A stretch of DNA of 64,000 nt from Alphaproteobacteria bacterium (GTDB taxonomy: Bacteria; Pseudomonadota; Alphaproteobacteria; MPNO01), in contig OY763326.1 of NCBI GenBank assembly GCA_963667285.1, positions 4,152,030 through 4,216,029 on the forward strand, given 5' to 3'. Shown piece by piece: positions 1 through 11,999 of the stretch (the stretch's first letter is position 1; every line of letters starts with the position of its first letter). The translations under genes and the position numbers were made by a program. The notes below the pieces were generated by a model. The model did not search any database and was not told the origin of the DNA. It saw only the letters and a program-made list of their open reading frames with translations.

Positions 1-104
1 TGCGGCTCGGCTGGAAGGTGTTCCTGCCCGGCTCGCTGCTCTGGCTGGTGCTGGTGGCGGGCTATCTGGTGGCGACCGGCACCGCGCCGATAGGGGTGAG
101 GTGA
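1..104 (+). CDS. nuoH: NADH-quinone oxidoreductase subunit H, 3' end (partial)
   Basis: Reads [18 protein letters not shown]...VR*, a typical NuoH C-terminus; TGA overlaps the nuoI ATG (TGATG). Confidence 0.9.
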   Translation, partial: RLGWKVFLPGSLLWLVLVAGYLVATGTAPIGVR

Positions 105-592
105 TGGCTCTGCTCGACCGTTCCGCCCGGGCGCTGTTCCTGACCGAGCTCCTGTCGGGGATGGCGGTGACGCTGCGCTACTTCTTCAAGCCCAAGGTGA
201 CGCTGAACTACCCTTACGAGAAGGGTCCGCTCAGCCCGCGCTTCCGCGGCGAACACGCCCTCAGGCGCTACCCCAACGGCGAGGAGCGCTGCATCGCCTG
301 CAAGCTGTGCGAGGCGATCTGCCCGGCCCAGGCGATCACCATCGAGGCCGAGCCGCGCGCCGACGGCAGCCGGCGGACCACGCGCTACGACATCGACATG
401 ACCAAGTGCATCTATTGCGGGTTCTGCGAGGAGGCCTGCCCGGTGGACGCCATCGTCGAGGGGCCGAATTTCGAGTTCGCGACCGAGACCCGCGAGGAGC
501 TGATGTACAACAAGGAGAAGCTCCTCGACAACGGCGATCGCTGGGAGGCGGACCTTGCCGCCAGGCTCAGCGCCGATGCGCCCTATCGCTAG
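104..592 (+). CDS. nuoI: NADH-quinone oxidoreductase subunit I
   Basis: Two 4Fe-4S motifs [12 protein letters not shown] and [12 protein letters not shown]; [20 protein letters not shown]. Confidence 0.97.
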   Translation: MALLDRSARALFLTELLSGMAVTLRYFFKPKVTLNYPYEKGPLSPRFRGEHALRRYPNGEERCIACKLCEAICPAQAITIEAEPRADGSRRTTRYDIDMTKCIYCGFCEEACPVDAIVEGPNFEFATETREELMYNKEKLLDNGDRWEADLAARLSADAPYR

Positions 593-601
593 GCGCCGGC
601 G

Positions 602-1216
602 ATGATCGTCCAGACCGCAGCCTTCTATCTGTTCGCCGCCGTCACCGTGGCGGCCGCGGTGATGGTGATCTCGGCGCGCAACCCGGTCCATTCGGTGCTG
701 TTCCTGATCCTCGCCTTCTTCAACGCGGCCGGGCTGTTCGTGCTGATGGGCGCGGAGTTCATCGCCATGACGCTGATCATCGTCTATGTCGGCGCGGTCG
801 CGGTGCTGTTCCTCTTCGTCGTCATGATGCTCGACATCAACTTCGTCGAGCTGCGCCAGGGTTTCCTGCAATACCTGCCGACCGGGGCGCTGATCGGCCT
901 CGTGCTGCTGGCCGAGCTGGTGCTGGTCTTCGCCGGCTGGGCGTTCGCCCCCGACGAGGCCGTGGTCCGCGCCGCGCCGACCCCGCCGGCGGGCGAGATC
1001 ACCAACACCCACGCGCTCGGGCGCATCCTCTACACCGACTACATCTACGCCTTCCAGGCGGCCGGGGTGATCCTGCTGATCGCCATGATCGGCGCGATCG
1101 TGCTCACGCTCCGGGCGCGCGAAGGGGTGCGCAAGCAGCGTATCGGAGACCAGCTCAGGCGCACCCGGAGCGACGCGGTGGAGCTCAAGAAGGTCGAGCC
1201 GGGGAGCGGCGTCTGA
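602..1216 (+). CDS. nuoJ: NADH-quinone oxidoreductase subunit J
   Basis: [29 protein letters not shown]; operon order. Confidence 0.96.
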   Translation: MIVQTAAFYLFAAVTVAAAVMVISARNPVHSVLFLILAFFNAAGLFVLMGAEFIAMTLIIVYVGAVAVLFLFVVMMLDINFVELRQGFLQYLPTGALIGLVLLAELVLVFAGWAFAPDEAVVRAAPTPPAGEITNTHALGRILYTDYIYAFQAAGVILLIAMIGAIVLTLRAREGVRKQRIGDQLRRTRSDAVELKKVEPGSGV

Positions 1217-1217
1217 C

Positions 1218-1523
1218 GTGGTCGGTCTCGCGCACTACCTGACGGTCGCCGCGATCCTGTTCACGCTCGGGATCTTCGGCATCTTCCTCAACCGCAAGAA
1301 CGTCATCGTCATCCTGATGTCGATCGAGCTCATCCTGCTCGCGGTCAACATCAACCTGGTCGCCTTCTCGGTCCACCACCAGGACCTGGCGGGCCAGGTC
1401 TTCGCGCTGCTGGTGCTCGCCATCGCGGCGGCGGAGGCGGCGATCGGGCTTGCCATCATCGTCGTCTATTTCCGCAACCGCGGCTCGATCGCGGTCGAGG
1501 ACATCAACCTGATGCGGGGCTAG
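1218..1523 (+). CDS. nuoK: NADH-quinone oxidoreductase subunit K
   Basis: [25 protein letters not shown]; GTG start. Confidence 0.96.
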   Translation: MVGLAHYLTVAAILFTLGIFGIFLNRKNVIVILMSIELILLAVNINLVAFSVHHQDLAGQVFALLVLAIAAAEAAIGLAIIVVYFRNRGSIAVEDINLMRG

Positions 1524-1526
1524 GGC

Positions 1527-3458
1527 GTGCTCTACTCGCTTGCCGTCTTCCTGCCGCTGATCGGTGCGGCCATCGCCGGGCCGTTCGGCCGGCTGATCGG
1601 CGACCGGGCCTCGCAATACGTGACCTGCGGGGCGCTGATCGGCTCGGCGGCGATCTCGACCCTGATCCTCTACGAGGTGGCGCTCGGCGGCGAGCCGCGC
1701 TCGATCGTGCTGTTTTCCTGGATGACCTCGGGGACCTTCGACGTGGTCTGGTCGCTGCGCTTCGACCAGCTCGCCGCGGTGATGGTCTTCGTGGTGTCGG
1801 TGGTCTCGGCCTGCGTGCATGTCTACTCGATCGGCTACATGCACCACGACCCGTCGATCCCGCGCTTCATGGCCTATCTCAGCCTGTTCACCTTCTTCAT
1901 GCTGGCGCTGGTGACCGCGGACAACCTGCTCCAGCTGTTCTTCGGCTGGGAAGGGGTGGGGCTCTGCTCCTATTTCCTGATCGGCTTCTGGTACGACCGG
2001 CCGGCCGCCAACGCGGCGGCGATCAAGGCCTTCATCGTCAACCGGGTGGGCGATTTCGGCTTCGCGCTCGGCATCATGGGCGTGTTCCTGGTCTTCGGCT
2101 CGATCGAGTTGCCGGCGATCTTCGGCGCCGCGCCCGAAAAGGCGGAGGCGACGATCTCCTTCCTCGGCCTGGAGGGGCATGCGCTGACCGTGCTCTGCAT
2201 CCTGCTGTTCATCGGCGCGATGGGGAAATCGGCGCAGCTCGGCCTGCACACCTGGCTGCCCGACGCGATGGAGGGCCCGACCCCGGTCTCCGCCCTGATC
2301 CACGCGGCGACCATGGTCACCGCGGGCGTCTTCCTGGTCGCCCGCATGTCGCCGCTCTTCGAATACGCCCCGGTGGCTCTCACCGTGGTCGTGGTGGTGG
2401 GCGGCGCGACCGCGTTCTTCGCCGCGACCATCGGGCTCTGCCAGAACGACATCAAGCGGGTGATCGCCTATTCGACGTGCAGCCAGCTCGGCTACATGTT
2501 CTTCGCCTGCGGGGTCTCGGCCTATTCCGCCGGGATCTTCCACCTGATGACCCACGCCTTCTTCAAGGCGCTCCTGTTCCTCGGCGCGGGCTCGGTGATC
2601 CACGCGATGTCGTCCGAGCAGGACATGCGCAAGATGGGCGGGCTCTACCGGCTGATCCCGCTGACCTACGGGCTGATGTGGATCGGCAGCCTGGCGCTCG
2701 CCGGCATCCCGGTCTTCGCCGGGTTCTATTCCAAGGACGTGATCATCGAATCGGCCTTCGCCGCGCACACGCCGGCCGGAGACTTCGCCTTCTGGGCCGG
2801 TATCGCGGCGGCGCTGATGACCGCGTTCTACTCGTGGCGGCTGCTGATCATGACCTTCCACGGCGCGCCCAGGGCGGACGAGCGCACCATGGCCCATGTC
2901 CACGAATCGCCGCTGTCGATGATCGCGCCGCTGGTGGTGCTGGCCGCGGGCGCGGTGTTCTCCGGCATGCTCGGCTACCACTACTTCGTCGGCGGCGGGC
3001 TGGAGGCGTTCTGGGGCGATTCGATCCTCGTGCTGCCCGGCCACGACGCTCTCCAGGACGCCCACCACGCGCCGCTCTGGGTGATCGCGCTGCCGATCGT
3101 CGTCGCGCTGGCCGGGATCGCGCTCGCCTACTGGTTCTACATGGTCCGGCCGGGCATCCCGGGCGCGCTCGCCGGCAGGTTCGGCGCGGTCTACCGGTTC
3201 CTGCTCAACAAGTGGTATTTCGACGAGCTCTATGACTGGCTGTTCGTGCGTCCGGCGCACCGCATCGGCCGCGGGCTGTGGAAGGAGGGCGACGGCACGC
3301 TGATCGACGGGCTCGGTCCCGACGGGCTGTCGGCGGTCGCCCGCACCCTCGCGCGCCGCGCCAGCATGCTGCAATCGGGCTACGTCTATCACTACGCCTT
3401 CGCGATGCTGGTCGGCGTCGCCGCCTTCGTGACCTGGTACCTCTATGCGCAGGGTTGA
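1527..3458 (+). CDS. nuoL: NADH-quinone oxidoreductase subunit L
   Basis: [35 protein letters not shown]. Confidence 0.97.
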   Translation: MLYSLAVFLPLIGAAIAGPFGRLIGDRASQYVTCGALIGSAAISTLILYEVALGGEPRSIVLFSWMTSGTFDVVWSLRFDQLAAVMVFVVSVVSACVHVYSIGYMHHDPSIPRFMAYLSLFTFFMLALVTADNLLQLFFGWEGVGLCSYFLIGFWYDRPAANAAAIKAFIVNRVGDFGFALGIMGVFLVFGSIELPAIFGAAPEKAEATISFLGLEGHALTVLCILLFIGAMGKSAQLGLHTWLPDAMEGPTPVSALIHAATMVTAGVFLVARMSPLFEYAPVALTVVVVVGGATAFFAATIGLCQNDIKRVIAYSTCSQLGYMFFACGVSAYSAGIFHLMTHAFFKALLFLGAGSVIHAMSSEQDMRKMGGLYRLIPLTYGLMWIGSLALAGIPVFAGFYSKDVIIESAFAAHTPAGDFAFWAGIAAALMTAFYSWRLLIMTFHGAPRADERTMAHVHESPLSMIAPLVVLAAGAVFSGMLGYHYFVGGGLEAFWGDSILVLPGHDALQDAHHAPLWVIALPIVVALAGIALAYWFYMVRPGIPGALAGRFGAVYRFLLNKWYFDELYDWLFVRPAHRIGRGLWKEGDGTLIDGLGPDGLSAVARTLARRASMLQSGYVYHYAFAMLVGVAAFVTWYLYAQG

Positions 3459-3470
3459 GGAGAGACCGGC

Positions 3471-4985
3471 GTGACCGACTGGCCGATTCTCAGCCTGGTG
3501 ATCTTCCTGCCGACGGTGGGGGCGCTGTTCGTCTTCATCGTGCGCGGCGACGAGCGCACGGTGGCGCGCAACGCGCGGATGACCGCGCTCTGGACCTCGC
3601 TGATCACCTTCGCCCTGTCGCTCGGGATCTGGATCGACTTCGACAACTCGACCGCGTCCTTCCAGTTCGTCGAGCGCGCCGAGTGGATCCCCGTCCTCGG
3701 CGCCAGCTACCATCTCGGGGTCGACGGCATCTCGATGCTGTTCGTGATCCTGTCGACCTTCCTCACCCCGCTCTGCGTGCTGGCGAGCTGGGAGGCGATC
3801 CAGACCCGCGTCAAGGAGTACATGATCGCCTTCCTGCTGCTCGAGACCTTCATGGTGGGGATGTTCTGCGCGCTCGACTTCGTGCTGTTCTACATCTTCT
3901 TCGAGGGCGTGCTGATCCCGATGTTCCTGATCATCGGGATCTGGGGCGGCGCCAACCGGGTCTACGCCGCGTTCAAGTTCTTCCTCTACACGCTGACCGG
4001 CTCGGTGCTGCTGCTGGTCGCGGTCATGGTGATCTATTTCGACGCCGAGACCACCGACATCGTCCGCCTCATCGGGATCGGCTTCGACCCCGAGCTGCAG
4101 ATCTGGCTCTGGCTCGCCTTCTTCGCGAGCTTCGCGGTCAAGGTGCCGATGTGGCCGGTCCACACCTGGCTGCCGGACGCCCATGTCGAGGCGCCGACCG
4201 CGGGCTCGGTGATCCTCGCCGGCGTGCTGCTCAAGATGGGGGCCTACGGCTTCCTGCGCTTCTCGCTGCCGATGCTGCCGGTGGCCAGCGAGTTCTTCGC
4301 GCCCTTCGTCTACACGCTGAGCATCATCGCGATCATCTACACCTCGCTGGTCGCGCTCGCCCAGGAGGACATGAAGAAGCTGATCGCCTATTCGTCGGTC
4401 GCCCATATGGGGTTCGTGACCATCGGCATCTTCACGGTGCAGACCCAGGGCGTCGAGGGCGCCATCGTCCAGATGCTCAGCCACGGCGTGATCTCGGCCG
4501 CGCTGTTCCTCTGTGTCGGCGTGGTGTACGACCGGCTGCACAGCCGCGAGATCGCGCGCTATGGCGGGCTGGTCCACCGCATGCCGGTCTACGCCGCGGT
4601 GTTCATGGTCTTCACCCTGGGCTCGGTGGGGCTGCCCGGGACCAGCGGATTCGTGGGCGAGTTCCTGGTCCTGGTCGGCGCCTTCCAGGTCAATACCTGG
4701 CTCGCCCTGCTGGCCACCACCGGGATCGTGCTCGGCGCGGCCTACATGCTCTACCTCTATCGCCGGGTGATCTTCGGCGCGCTGACCAAGGAAGACCTCA
4801 AGACCATTGTCGACCTCAACCGGCGCGAGATCGCGGTGTTTGCGCCGCTGGTGGCGGCGACGCTGTGGATGGGCATCTGGCCCGAGCCCTTCCTCGACGT
4901 GATGCACGCCTCGGTCGCCAACCTGATCGAGAACTACCGGGTCGCGCTCGAATCGCCGGGCGCGCTCACGGTGGCCGGACGATGA
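3471..4985 (+). CDS. nuoM: NADH-quinone oxidoreductase subunit M
   Basis: [36 protein letters not shown]. Confidence 0.97.
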   Translation: MTDWPILSLVIFLPTVGALFVFIVRGDERTVARNARMTALWTSLITFALSLGIWIDFDNSTASFQFVERAEWIPVLGASYHLGVDGISMLFVILSTFLTPLCVLASWEAIQTRVKEYMIAFLLLETFMVGMFCALDFVLFYIFFEGVLIPMFLIIGIWGGANRVYAAFKFFLYTLTGSVLLLVAVMVIYFDAETTDIVRLIGIGFDPELQIWLWLAFFASFAVKVPMWPVHTWLPDAHVEAPTAGSVILAGVLLKMGAYGFLRFSLPMLPVASEFFAPFVYTLSIIAIIYTSLVALAQEDMKKLIAYSSVAHMGFVTIGIFTVQTQGVEGAIVQMLSHGVISAALFLCVGVVYDRLHSREIARYGGLVHRMPVYAAVFMVFTLGSVGLPGTSGFVGEFLVLVGAFQVNTWLALLATTGIVLGAAYMLYLYRRVIFGALTKEDLKTIVDLNRREIAVFAPLVAATLWMGIWPEPFLDVMHASVANLIENYRVALESPGALTVAGR

Positions 4986-6433
4986 CCGCCGCCATGCCCG
5001 ATCTCGTGCTGATCCTGCCCGAGCTCGTCCTGGTCTGCGGCGCGATGGCGCTGCTCATGCTGGGGGTCTTCCTCGGCGACCGGTCCTACCAGACCGTGAG
5101 CTGGCTCTCGGTGGCGCTGATCCTGGGCGCCGGGGTCGCGGCAAGCCTGACCACCGAGATCCGGGCCACCCTGTTCGACGACCGCTTCGTGGTCGACGCC
5201 TTCGGACATTTCATGAAGTGGCTGGTGTTCGCCGGCTCCGCGCTCGCCATCGTCATGTCCTTCGGATACAACCGCCGCGAGCGGATCGGCCGGCCGGAAT
5301 ACCCCATCCTGATCGTCTTTGCGACGCTCGGGATGTCGATGATGATCTCGGCCAACGACCTGATCTCGCTCTATGTCGGGCTCGAGCTCCAGTCTCTCGC
5401 GCTCTACGTGATCGCCGCCTTCCGGCGCGATTCGGCGCGCTCCTCCGAAGCCGGGCTCAAATATTTCGTCCTCGGCGCGCTGTCGACCGGCATGCTGCTC
5501 TACGGCTGTTCTATGATCTACGGCTTCGCCGGCTCGACCGGTTTCGAGACCCTGGCCGGGCTGTTCGCGCGCCCCGGCACCGGGGTCGAGATCGGCGTCG
5601 TCGTCGGGCTGGTCTTCGTGATCGCCGGGCTCGCCTTCAAGATCTCCGCCGTGCCGTTCCACATGTGGACGCCCGACGTCTACCAGGGCGCGCCCACGCC
5701 GGTCACCGCCTTCTTCGCCATCGCTCCCAAGATCGCCGCGATGGCGCTGTTCGCGCGCGTGCTCATCGGGCCGTTCTTCGACCTGTTCCAGCAATGGCAG
5801 CAGATCGTCATCTTCATCTCGATCCTGTCGATGATCCTGGGCGCGCTGGCGGCGATCTGGCAGACCAACATCAAGCGGCTGCTCGCCTACAGCTCGATCG
5901 GCCATGTCGGCTACGCCCTGGTCGGCCTCGCGGCGGGCAGCGCCGACGGCGTGCGCGGCGTCGTGATCTACATGGCGGTCTATCTGGTGATGACCGCCGG
6001 CACCTTCGGCTGCGTGCTGGCGATGCGCCAGAACGGGCGCATGGTCGAGGGGCTCGCCGATCTCTCGGGGCTCTCGCGCAACGCCCCGCTGATGGCGCTG
6101 GCGCTCGCCATCTTCATGTTCTCGATGGCGGGAATCCCGCCGCTTGCCGGGTTCTTCTCCAAGCTCTACGTGTTTCTCGCCGCGATCGACGCGGGCCTCT
6201 ACACGCTCGCGGTGATCGGCGTGCTGACCAGCGTGATCTCGGCCTTCTACTATCTGCGCATCGTCAAGATCATGTATTTCGACGAGCCGACGGAGGCGTT
6301 CGACAGGCCGATGGGACGCAGCCTCGGCGCCATCGTGGCGGTCTCCAGCGTGCTGGTCGTGGTGTTCATCGCGTTCCAGACCCCAATCGTGCGGGCGGCC
6401 GAGATTGCCGCGACCGTGCTCTTCCTCACCTGA
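4982..6433 (+). CDS. nuoN: NADH-quinone oxidoreductase subunit N
   Basis: [30 protein letters not shown]; ATG at 4982 overlaps nuoM stop (ATGA). Confidence 0.96.
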   Translation: MTAAMPDLVLILPELVLVCGAMALLMLGVFLGDRSYQTVSWLSVALILGAGVAASLTTEIRATLFDDRFVVDAFGHFMKWLVFAGSALAIVMSFGYNRRERIGRPEYPILIVFATLGMSMMISANDLISLYVGLELQSLALYVIAAFRRDSARSSEAGLKYFVLGALSTGMLLYGCSMIYGFAGSTGFETLAGLFARPGTGVEIGVVVGLVFVIAGLAFKISAVPFHMWTPDVYQGAPTPVTAFFAIAPKIAAMALFARVLIGPFFDLFQQWQQIVIFISILSMILGALAAIWQTNIKRLLAYSSIGHVGYALVGLAAGSADGVRGVVIYMAVYLVMTAGTFGCVLAMRQNGRMVEGLADLSGLSRNAPLMALALAIFMFSMAGIPPLAGFFSKLYVFLAAIDAGLYTLAVIGVLTSVISAFYYLRIVKIMYFDEPTEAFDRPMGRSLGAIVAVSSVLVVVFIAFQTPIVRAAEIAATVLFLT

Positions 6434-6436
6434 CCG

Positions 6437-7138
6437 GTGGCTCTTCCGGCCGGCTACCGGCTCGTCCGATTGCGGCGGATCGACAGCACCAATGCCGAGG
6501 CGCTGCGCCGCGCCGCCGGCGGGGCGGCGCACGGGACGGTCGTCGTCGCCGAAGATCAGACCGCCGGGCGCGGCCGGCGCGGGCGCAGCTGGATTTCCGC
6601 ACCGGGCAATCTGTTCATGACCGTCCTGGTCCGCCCGCCGGAGGGGAGCGCGGTCGCCCAGCTCTCGTTCGTCGCCGCCGTCGCGCTCGGCGAGGCGCTG
6701 CCGCCGGGCACGGATTACCGCTTCAAATGGCCCAACGACCTGCTGCTGGACGGCCGCAAGCTCGCCGGCATACTGGTCGAGGCGGATGGCGGCGCGGCGG
6801 CCGTGGGAATCGGCGTGAACACCGCCTCCACCCCGGATGCGGTGCGCGGCAGCGCCGCCGATCTCGCCGGACGGTGCGACGCGCCGCGGCTGGCCGGCGA
6901 TGTCTGCGGCGCCTTCGACCTCCGCTACCGGCGCTGGCTCGCCGAGGGGTTCGGGCCGGTACGCGAGGCCTGGCTCGGCCGCGCCGCCGGGCTCGGCGAG
7001 GAGGTTGCGGCGGGGTCCGCGCGCGGCCGCTTCGAGCGGCTGACGCAAGACGGCGCGCTGGTCCTCGTCGACGCCTCGGGCGCGGAGACCGAGATCGCCG
7101 CCGGCGAGGTGCTTTTCGGGAGGCGCCGGTGCTGCTGA
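6437..7138 (+). CDS. birA: Biotin--[acetyl-CoA carboxylase] ligase (no N-terminal HTH)
   Basis: [29 protein letters not shown] motifs. Confidence 0.95.
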   Translation: MALPAGYRLVRLRRIDSTNAEALRRAAGGAAHGTVVVAEDQTAGRGRRGRSWISAPGNLFMTVLVRPPEGSAVAQLSFVAAVALGEALPPGTDYRFKWPNDLLLDGRKLAGILVEADGGAAAVGIGVNTASTPDAVRGSAADLAGRCDAPRLAGDVCGAFDLRYRRWLAEGFGPVREAWLGRAAGLGEEVAAGSARGRFERLTQDGALVLVDASGAETEIAAGEVLFGRRRCC

Positions 7139-7902
7139 CCATCGACTCGGGCAACACCAACATCGTGTTCGCGCTCTACGAGGGCGAGGAACAGCGGGGC
7201 GCGTGGCGCAGTTCGAGCGACCCCAGGCGGACCGCGGACGAATACGCGGTGTGGCTGAGCCAGCTGATGTCGCTGCGCGGCCTGACGCCGGACGATGTCG
7301 ATGCCGCGATCGTCGCCACGGTCGTCCCCGAGGCGCTGTTCAGCCTGCGCAGCCTGTGCCGGGGCTATTTCGGCTGCGACCCGCTGGTGGTCGGCGAGCC
7401 CGGCGTCGAGCTCGGCATCGGCGTGCTGGTCGACAGCCCGTCCGAGGTCGGCACCGACAGGCTGGTGAACGCGGTCGGCGCGCATGAGCGGTTCGGCGGG
7501 CCGCTGATCGTCATCGATTTCGGCACGGCGACGACCTTCGACGTGGTCGACGGCGAAGGCAGCTATGCCGGGGGCGCGATCGCACCCGGCATCAACCTCT
7601 CGCTCGATGCGCTGCACGCGGCGGCGGCGCAGCTGCCGCGCGTCGCGGTGCGCCGCCCGCCGAGCGTGATCGGCAAGCGCACCGTGCCGGCGATGCTGTC
7701 GGGCATCTACTGGGGCTATGTCGGGCTGATCGAGGGTCTGGTCGCGCGCATCGAGGGCGAGTACGGCAGCGCCATGAAGGTCATCGCCACGGGCGGTCTC
7801 GCCCCGCTATTCGCGGAAGGGACCAAGGTGATCGGCGATGTCGATCCGGAGATGACGCTGCGCGGTCTGGCCTCCATCTGGCGCCGGAACCTGGACGCAT
7901 GA
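7129..7902 (+). CDS. coaX: Type III pantothenate kinase
   Basis: [26 protein letters not shown]; GTG start. Confidence 0.95.
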   Translation: MLLTIDSGNTNIVFALYEGEEQRGAWRSSSDPRRTADEYAVWLSQLMSLRGLTPDDVDAAIVATVVPEALFSLRSLCRGYFGCDPLVVGEPGVELGIGVLVDSPSEVGTDRLVNAVGAHERFGGPLIVIDFGTATTFDVVDGEGSYAGGAIAPGINLSLDALHAAAAQLPRVAVRRPPSVIGKRTVPAMLSGIYWGYVGLIEGLVARIEGEYGSAMKVIATGGLAPLFAEGTKVIGDVDPEMTLRGLASIWRRNLDA

Positions 7903-9548
7903 AGGCTATGGACGAACTCCGCTTCGTCGCTCTCGGCGGGGCCGGCGAGATCGGCATGAACCTCAGCCTCTACGGCTGCGGCGGACGCTGGCTGATGGTC
8001 GATCTGGGGCTCGGCTTTGCCGACGAATCCACGCCGGGGATCGACATCCTGGTCCCGGACCCCGCCTTTATCGTGGAACGCCGCGGAGCGCTCGACGGTA
8101 TCGTGCTGACCCATGCGCATGAGGACCATCTGGGTGCGGTCGCGGTCCTCTGGCCAAAGCTCCGCTGCCCGGTCTACGCCTCGCCCTTCGCGGCGGCGGT
8201 GCTCAAGCGCAAGCTCGCCGAGGCCGGGGTGAAGGACGTGCCGCTCCACCTTGTCACGCCCGGCCGACGCTTCGACGTCGGACCTTTCGAAATCGAGTAT
8301 CTGAGCGCCGCCCATTCGATCCCCGAGGGCCACGTGGTCGTCATCCGGACGGCGGCGGGGCTCGCGGTCCACGCCACCGACTGGAAGCTCGACCCGGCGC
8401 CGCTGGTGGGCGCCGAGACCGACGAGGACCGCCTGCGCGCGGTCGGCGCCGAGGGCGTCCAGGCCCTGCTGGTCGATTCGACCAACGCCATGGTCGAGGG
8501 CCGCGCCGGTTCGGAGGGCGCGCTGCGCGACAGCCTGACCGAGATCGTCGCCGGCTGCGCCGGTCGCATCGCCGTGGCCTGCTTCTCCAGCAACATCGCG
8601 CGCATCGAGACCATCGCCCACGCCGCCGCGGCCAATGACCGCCAGGCCTGCCTGGTCGGACGGTCGCTGTGGCGCATGGTGGAGGCGGCGCGCGAGACCG
8701 GCTACCTCGCCGACACGCCGCCCTTCCTGACCGAGCACGACGTGGGTTACCTGCCCCCCGAGAGGGTGGTGATGGCGGTGACGGGGAGCCAGGGGGAGAG
8801 GCGTTCCGCGCTCTCCCGCATCGCCGCCAACGACCATCCGGCGGTCGCCCTGGAGCCCGGCGACACCGTGGTGTTCTCCTCGCGACAGATCCCCGGCAAC
8901 GAGCTCGCGATCTCGCGGGTGCAGAACCGGCTGGTGCGCCAGGGGATCGAGGTCATCGTCGACGGCGCGCGCGAGACCCATGTCTCCGGCCACCCGGCGC
9001 GCGAGGAGCTGCGCGCGCTCTACGCGTGGCTCCGGCCGGCCGCGGTGGTTCCCATCCACGGCGAGGCGCGCCACCTCTTCGAGCAGGTCGCGCTCGCCCG
9101 CTCGGCCGGGGTGGCCGACGCGCTGGTCGCGGAGAACGGCACCATGCTGCGGCTGATGCCCGGCCCGGTCGAGGTGATCGGCGAGGTGGAGACGGGGCGG
9201 CTCGGGCTCGACGGCAAGCGGCTGGTGCCGGCCGATGGCGGGACGATGCGCGCGCGCCACCGGATCGGCTTCTCGGGCTCGGCGGTGGCGACGGTCGTCG
9301 TCGATCGGCGCGGCGCGCTCGCGGCGGACCCGAAGGTGACCCTGCACGGCGTCATCGAGCCCGACGACGCCGGGGAAGTCGAGGAGGAGGCGATCGACGC
9401 GATGATCGATGCGATCGACGGCCTTTCCAGGCAGGCGCGGCGCGACGACGACGATGTCGCCGAGGCGGCGCGGCGGGCGCTCGCCGGCACGCTGCGGCGG
9501 ACCACCGGAAAGCGCCCGCTCGCCGAAGTCCATGTCGTCAGGGTCTGA
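7899..9548 (+). CDS. rnj: Ribonuclease J (beta-CASP metallo-beta-lactamase)
   Basis: [29 protein letters not shown]. Confidence 0.95.
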   Translation: MKAMDELRFVALGGAGEIGMNLSLYGCGGRWLMVDLGLGFADESTPGIDILVPDPAFIVERRGALDGIVLTHAHEDHLGAVAVLWPKLRCPVYASPFAAAVLKRKLAEAGVKDVPLHLVTPGRRFDVGPFEIEYLSAAHSIPEGHVVVIRTAAGLAVHATDWKLDPAPLVGAETDEDRLRAVGAEGVQALLVDSTNAMVEGRAGSEGALRDSLTEIVAGCAGRIAVACFSSNIARIETIAHAAAANDRQACLVGRSLWRMVEAARETGYLADTPPFLTEHDVGYLPPERVVMAVTGSQGERRSALSRIAANDHPAVALEPGDTVVFSSRQIPGNELAISRVQNRLVRQGIEVIVDGARETHVSGHPAREELRALYAWLRPAAVVPIHGEARHLFEQVALARSAGVADALVAENGTMLRLMPGPVEVIGEVETGRLGLDGKRLVPADGGTMRARHRIGFSGSAVATVVVDRRGALAADPKVTLHGVIEPDDAGEVEEEAIDAMIDAIDGLSRQARRDDDDVAEAARRALAGTLRRTTGKRPLAEVHVVRV

Positions 9549-9563
9549 GGAGAGGCCGGGCCG

Positions 9564-9809
9564 ATGAGCTGGGTCTCCGGGATCGTCGTCTACCTGATCC
9601 TCTGGTGGCTGGTCTTTTTCGTGACATTGCCGTTCGGCGTGCGCGCGCCGCACGAGGCGGGCGAGACCGTTCAGGCGGGTAACGCCGACGGCGCCCCGGT
9701 CAGGCCGCGGCTCTGGCTCAAGGCCGGGGTCGCCACGGTCGTCACCGCGATCCTCTGGGGCATCGCCTGGTGGCTGGTCGCCTCCGACCTGATCTCGTTT
9801 CGCGGCTGA
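9564..9809 (+). CDS. DUF1467-family small membrane protein
   Basis: YLILWWLVFFVTLPFGVR...GAP..PRLWLK; usual neighbour of rnj/proS in Alphaproteobacteria. Confidence 0.8.
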   Translation: MSWVSGIVVYLILWWLVFFVTLPFGVRAPHEAGETVQAGNADGAPVRPRLWLKAGVATVVTAILWGIAWWLVASDLISFRG

Positions 9810-9813
9810 GGCG

Positions 9814-10377
9814 ATGTCGTATTGCGACATCGCGCCCGGCCATCCGTTCCACGGCCCCTACCACGACACCGAGTACGGCTTCCCGACGCGCGGGGATTCG
9901 GTGCTGTTCGAACGGCTTGCGCTCGAGATCAACCAGGCCGGGCTCTCCTGGCTCACGGTGCTGAAGAAGCGCCAGGCGTTCCTTGCCGCCTTCGACGGCT
10001 TCGACGTCACGACCGTCGCGCGCTATGGCGAGCCCGAACGGGCGCGGCTGCTCGCCGATGCCGGGATCATCCGCAACCGGCTGAAAGTCGACGCGGTGAT
10101 CGCCAACGCGCGCACCGTCGAAGGGCTGATCGCCGAATTCGGCTCCTTCGCCAACTGGCTCGACAGCCGCCACCCGATGCCGAAGGACGCATGGGTCGCA
10201 CTGTTCCGCAAGACGTTCCGCTTCACCGGCGGCGAAATCACCGACGAATTCCTGATGAGCACCGGCTACCTGCCGGGCGCGCACGATCGGAGCTGCCCGA
10301 TCTACCGCCGGATCATGGCCCTGACCCCGCCCTGGGCAGGGGTGGGCGGTGACGCCGGAGGACCCGATGTGCCATGA
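9814..10377 (+). CDS. tag: DNA-3-methyladenine glycosylase I
   Basis: YHDTEYG, LEINQAGLSW, GIIRNRLKV, C-terminal HxxxC zinc ligands. Confidence 0.92.
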   Translation: MSYCDIAPGHPFHGPYHDTEYGFPTRGDSVLFERLALEINQAGLSWLTVLKKRQAFLAAFDGFDVTTVARYGEPERARLLADAGIIRNRLKVDAVIANARTVEGLIAEFGSFANWLDSRHPMPKDAWVALFRKTFRFTGGEITDEFLMSTGYLPGAHDRSCPIYRRIMALTPPWAGVGGDAGGPDVP

Positions 10378-10448
10378 TCGCGCCCGCCGTTCGGAACCGG
10401 CACCGAGAGAAACGCCCGGGGAGACGATGCAGGTCTGGAGGTTTGGCG

Positions 10449-11999
10449 GTGGCGTCTGAAGGCGGTCCGGCCCGTCTTGCGCTCACCGATATCCGCAAGG
10501 CGTTCCCCGGGGTCGTGGCGAACGACGACGTGTCGCTGTCCCTCGAGCCGGGGGAGATCCACGCGCTGCTCGGCGAGAACGGCGCCGGCAAGTCCACCCT
10601 GGTGAAGATCGTCTACGGCGTGCTGCGCGCCGATTCGGGCGAGATGCTGTGGAACGGGACGCCGGTGCAGGTCTCCTCCCCGGCGCAGGCGCGCCGGCTC
10701 GGCATCGGCATGGTGTTCCAGCATTTCTCGCTCTTCGACTCGCTGACGGTGGCGGAGAACATCGCCCTCGGGATCGACGAGAAGGTGCCGATGCGCGACC
10801 TGACCGGGCGCATCGGCGAGGTCTCGGCGCGCTACGGGCTCGCGCTGGACCCGGGACGCCACGTCCACACGCTCTCGGTCGGCGAGCGCCAGCGGGTCGA
10901 GATCGTCCGCTGCCTGTTGCAGAGCCCGAGCCTGCTGATCATGGACGAGCCCACCTCGGTGCTGACCCCGCAGGAGGCCGACCGCCTGTTCGAGACCCTG
11001 CGCCGGCTCGCTTCCGAGGGCGTGACGGTGCTCTATATCTCGCACAAGCTGGAGGAGATCCGCGCCCTCTGCGAGGCGGCGACGGTGCTGCGCGGCGGCC
11101 GGGTGGTGGCGACCTGCGATCCGCGCCGCGAGACCGCACGCGGCCTCGCCCAGATGATGATCGGCGGCGAGCTCGCGACACCGGTGCGCGGCGCCGGAAG
11201 CGGCGAGGGGAGGGAACGGCTCACGGTGAGCGGGCTCTCGCTCGAATCCGACCACCCCTTCGGGACGCCGATCCGCAATGTGAGCCTCGCCGTGCGCGCC
11301 GGCGAGATCCTCGGCATCGCCGGCGTCGCCGGCAACGGCCAGCCCGAGCTGCTCTCGGCGCTCGGCGGCGAGACCCTGAGCCCGGTGGCGGACGCGATCC
11401 TGCTCGACGGCCGGCCGGTCGGAAATCTCGGCCCGCGCGGACGCCGCGCGCGCGGCCTCTGCGTGGTGCCGGAGGAACGGCTCGGCCAGGCCACGGTGCC
11501 CGAGATGACGCTCGCCGAGAACGGGCTCTTGAGCGCCTACCTGCGCGAGGGCCTGCTGCGCCACTGGCTCCTGCAGGTCGGCGCCATGCACCGCTTCGCC
11601 GCCGAAATCGTCCAGGCCTACGCCGTGATGACCGCGGGCACCGCCGCGCAGGCCGGCAGCCTGTCGGGCGGCAATCTGCAGAAATTCATCATCGGGCGGG
11701 AAATCCTCCAGGACCCGGAAATCCTCATCGCCGCGCACCCCACCTGGGGGGTGGACGCGGGCGCCGCCGCGGCGATCCAGCAGGCGCTGCTCGACCTTGC
11801 CAGGGCGGGAGCGGCGGTCCTGGTGGTCTCGCAGGACCTCGACGAGCTGTTCGCGATCAGCGACCGCCTCGCGGTAATCTGCGAGGGCCGGCTGTCGGCC
11901 AGCCGGAGGACCGAGGACACCACCATCGCCCAGGCCGGATTGCTGATGGGCGGCATGTTCGACGAGCGCGGCGAGATCATCGAGACCCATGCGGCCTAG
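10449..11999 (+). CDS. CUT2-family (nucleoside/sugar) ABC transporter ATP-binding protein, two ATPase domains
   Basis: GENGAGKST, LIMDEPT, LSGGNLQK; GTG start chosen from GGAGG upstream (start uncertain). Confidence 0.9.
   Translation: MASEGGPARLALTDIRKAFPGVVANDDVSLSLEPGEIHALLGENGAGKSTLVKIVYGVLRADSGEMLWNGTPVQVSSPAQARRLGIGMVFQHFSLFDSLTVAENIALGIDEKVPMRDLTGRIGEVSARYGLALDPGRHVHTLSVGERQRVEIVRCLLQSPSLLIMDEPTSVLTPQEADRLFETLRRLASEGVTVLYISHKLEEIRALCEAATVLRGGRVVATCDPRRETARGLAQMMIGGELATPVRGAGSGEGRERLTVSGLSLESDHPFGTPIRNVSLAVRAGEILGIAGVAGNGQPELLSALGGETLSPVADAILLDGRPVGNLGPRGRRARGLCVVPEERLGQATVPEMTLAENGLLSAYLREGLLRHWLLQVGAMHRFAAEIVQAYAVMTAGTAAQAGSLSGGNLQKFIIGREILQDPEILIAAHPTWGVDAGAAAAIQQALLDLARAGAAVLVVSQDLDELFAISDRLAVICEGRLSASRRTEDTTIAQAGLLMGGMFDERGEIIETHAA

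Noticed and set aside
1185-4907. Very long antisense or alternate-frame ORFs (e.g. 1240 aa, 1130 aa at 18650-22042, 986 aa at 29415-32375)
   Set aside because: Shadow ORFs of high-GC3 genes; Arg/Gly/Ala-rich with no motifs, fully overlapping recognisable genes.
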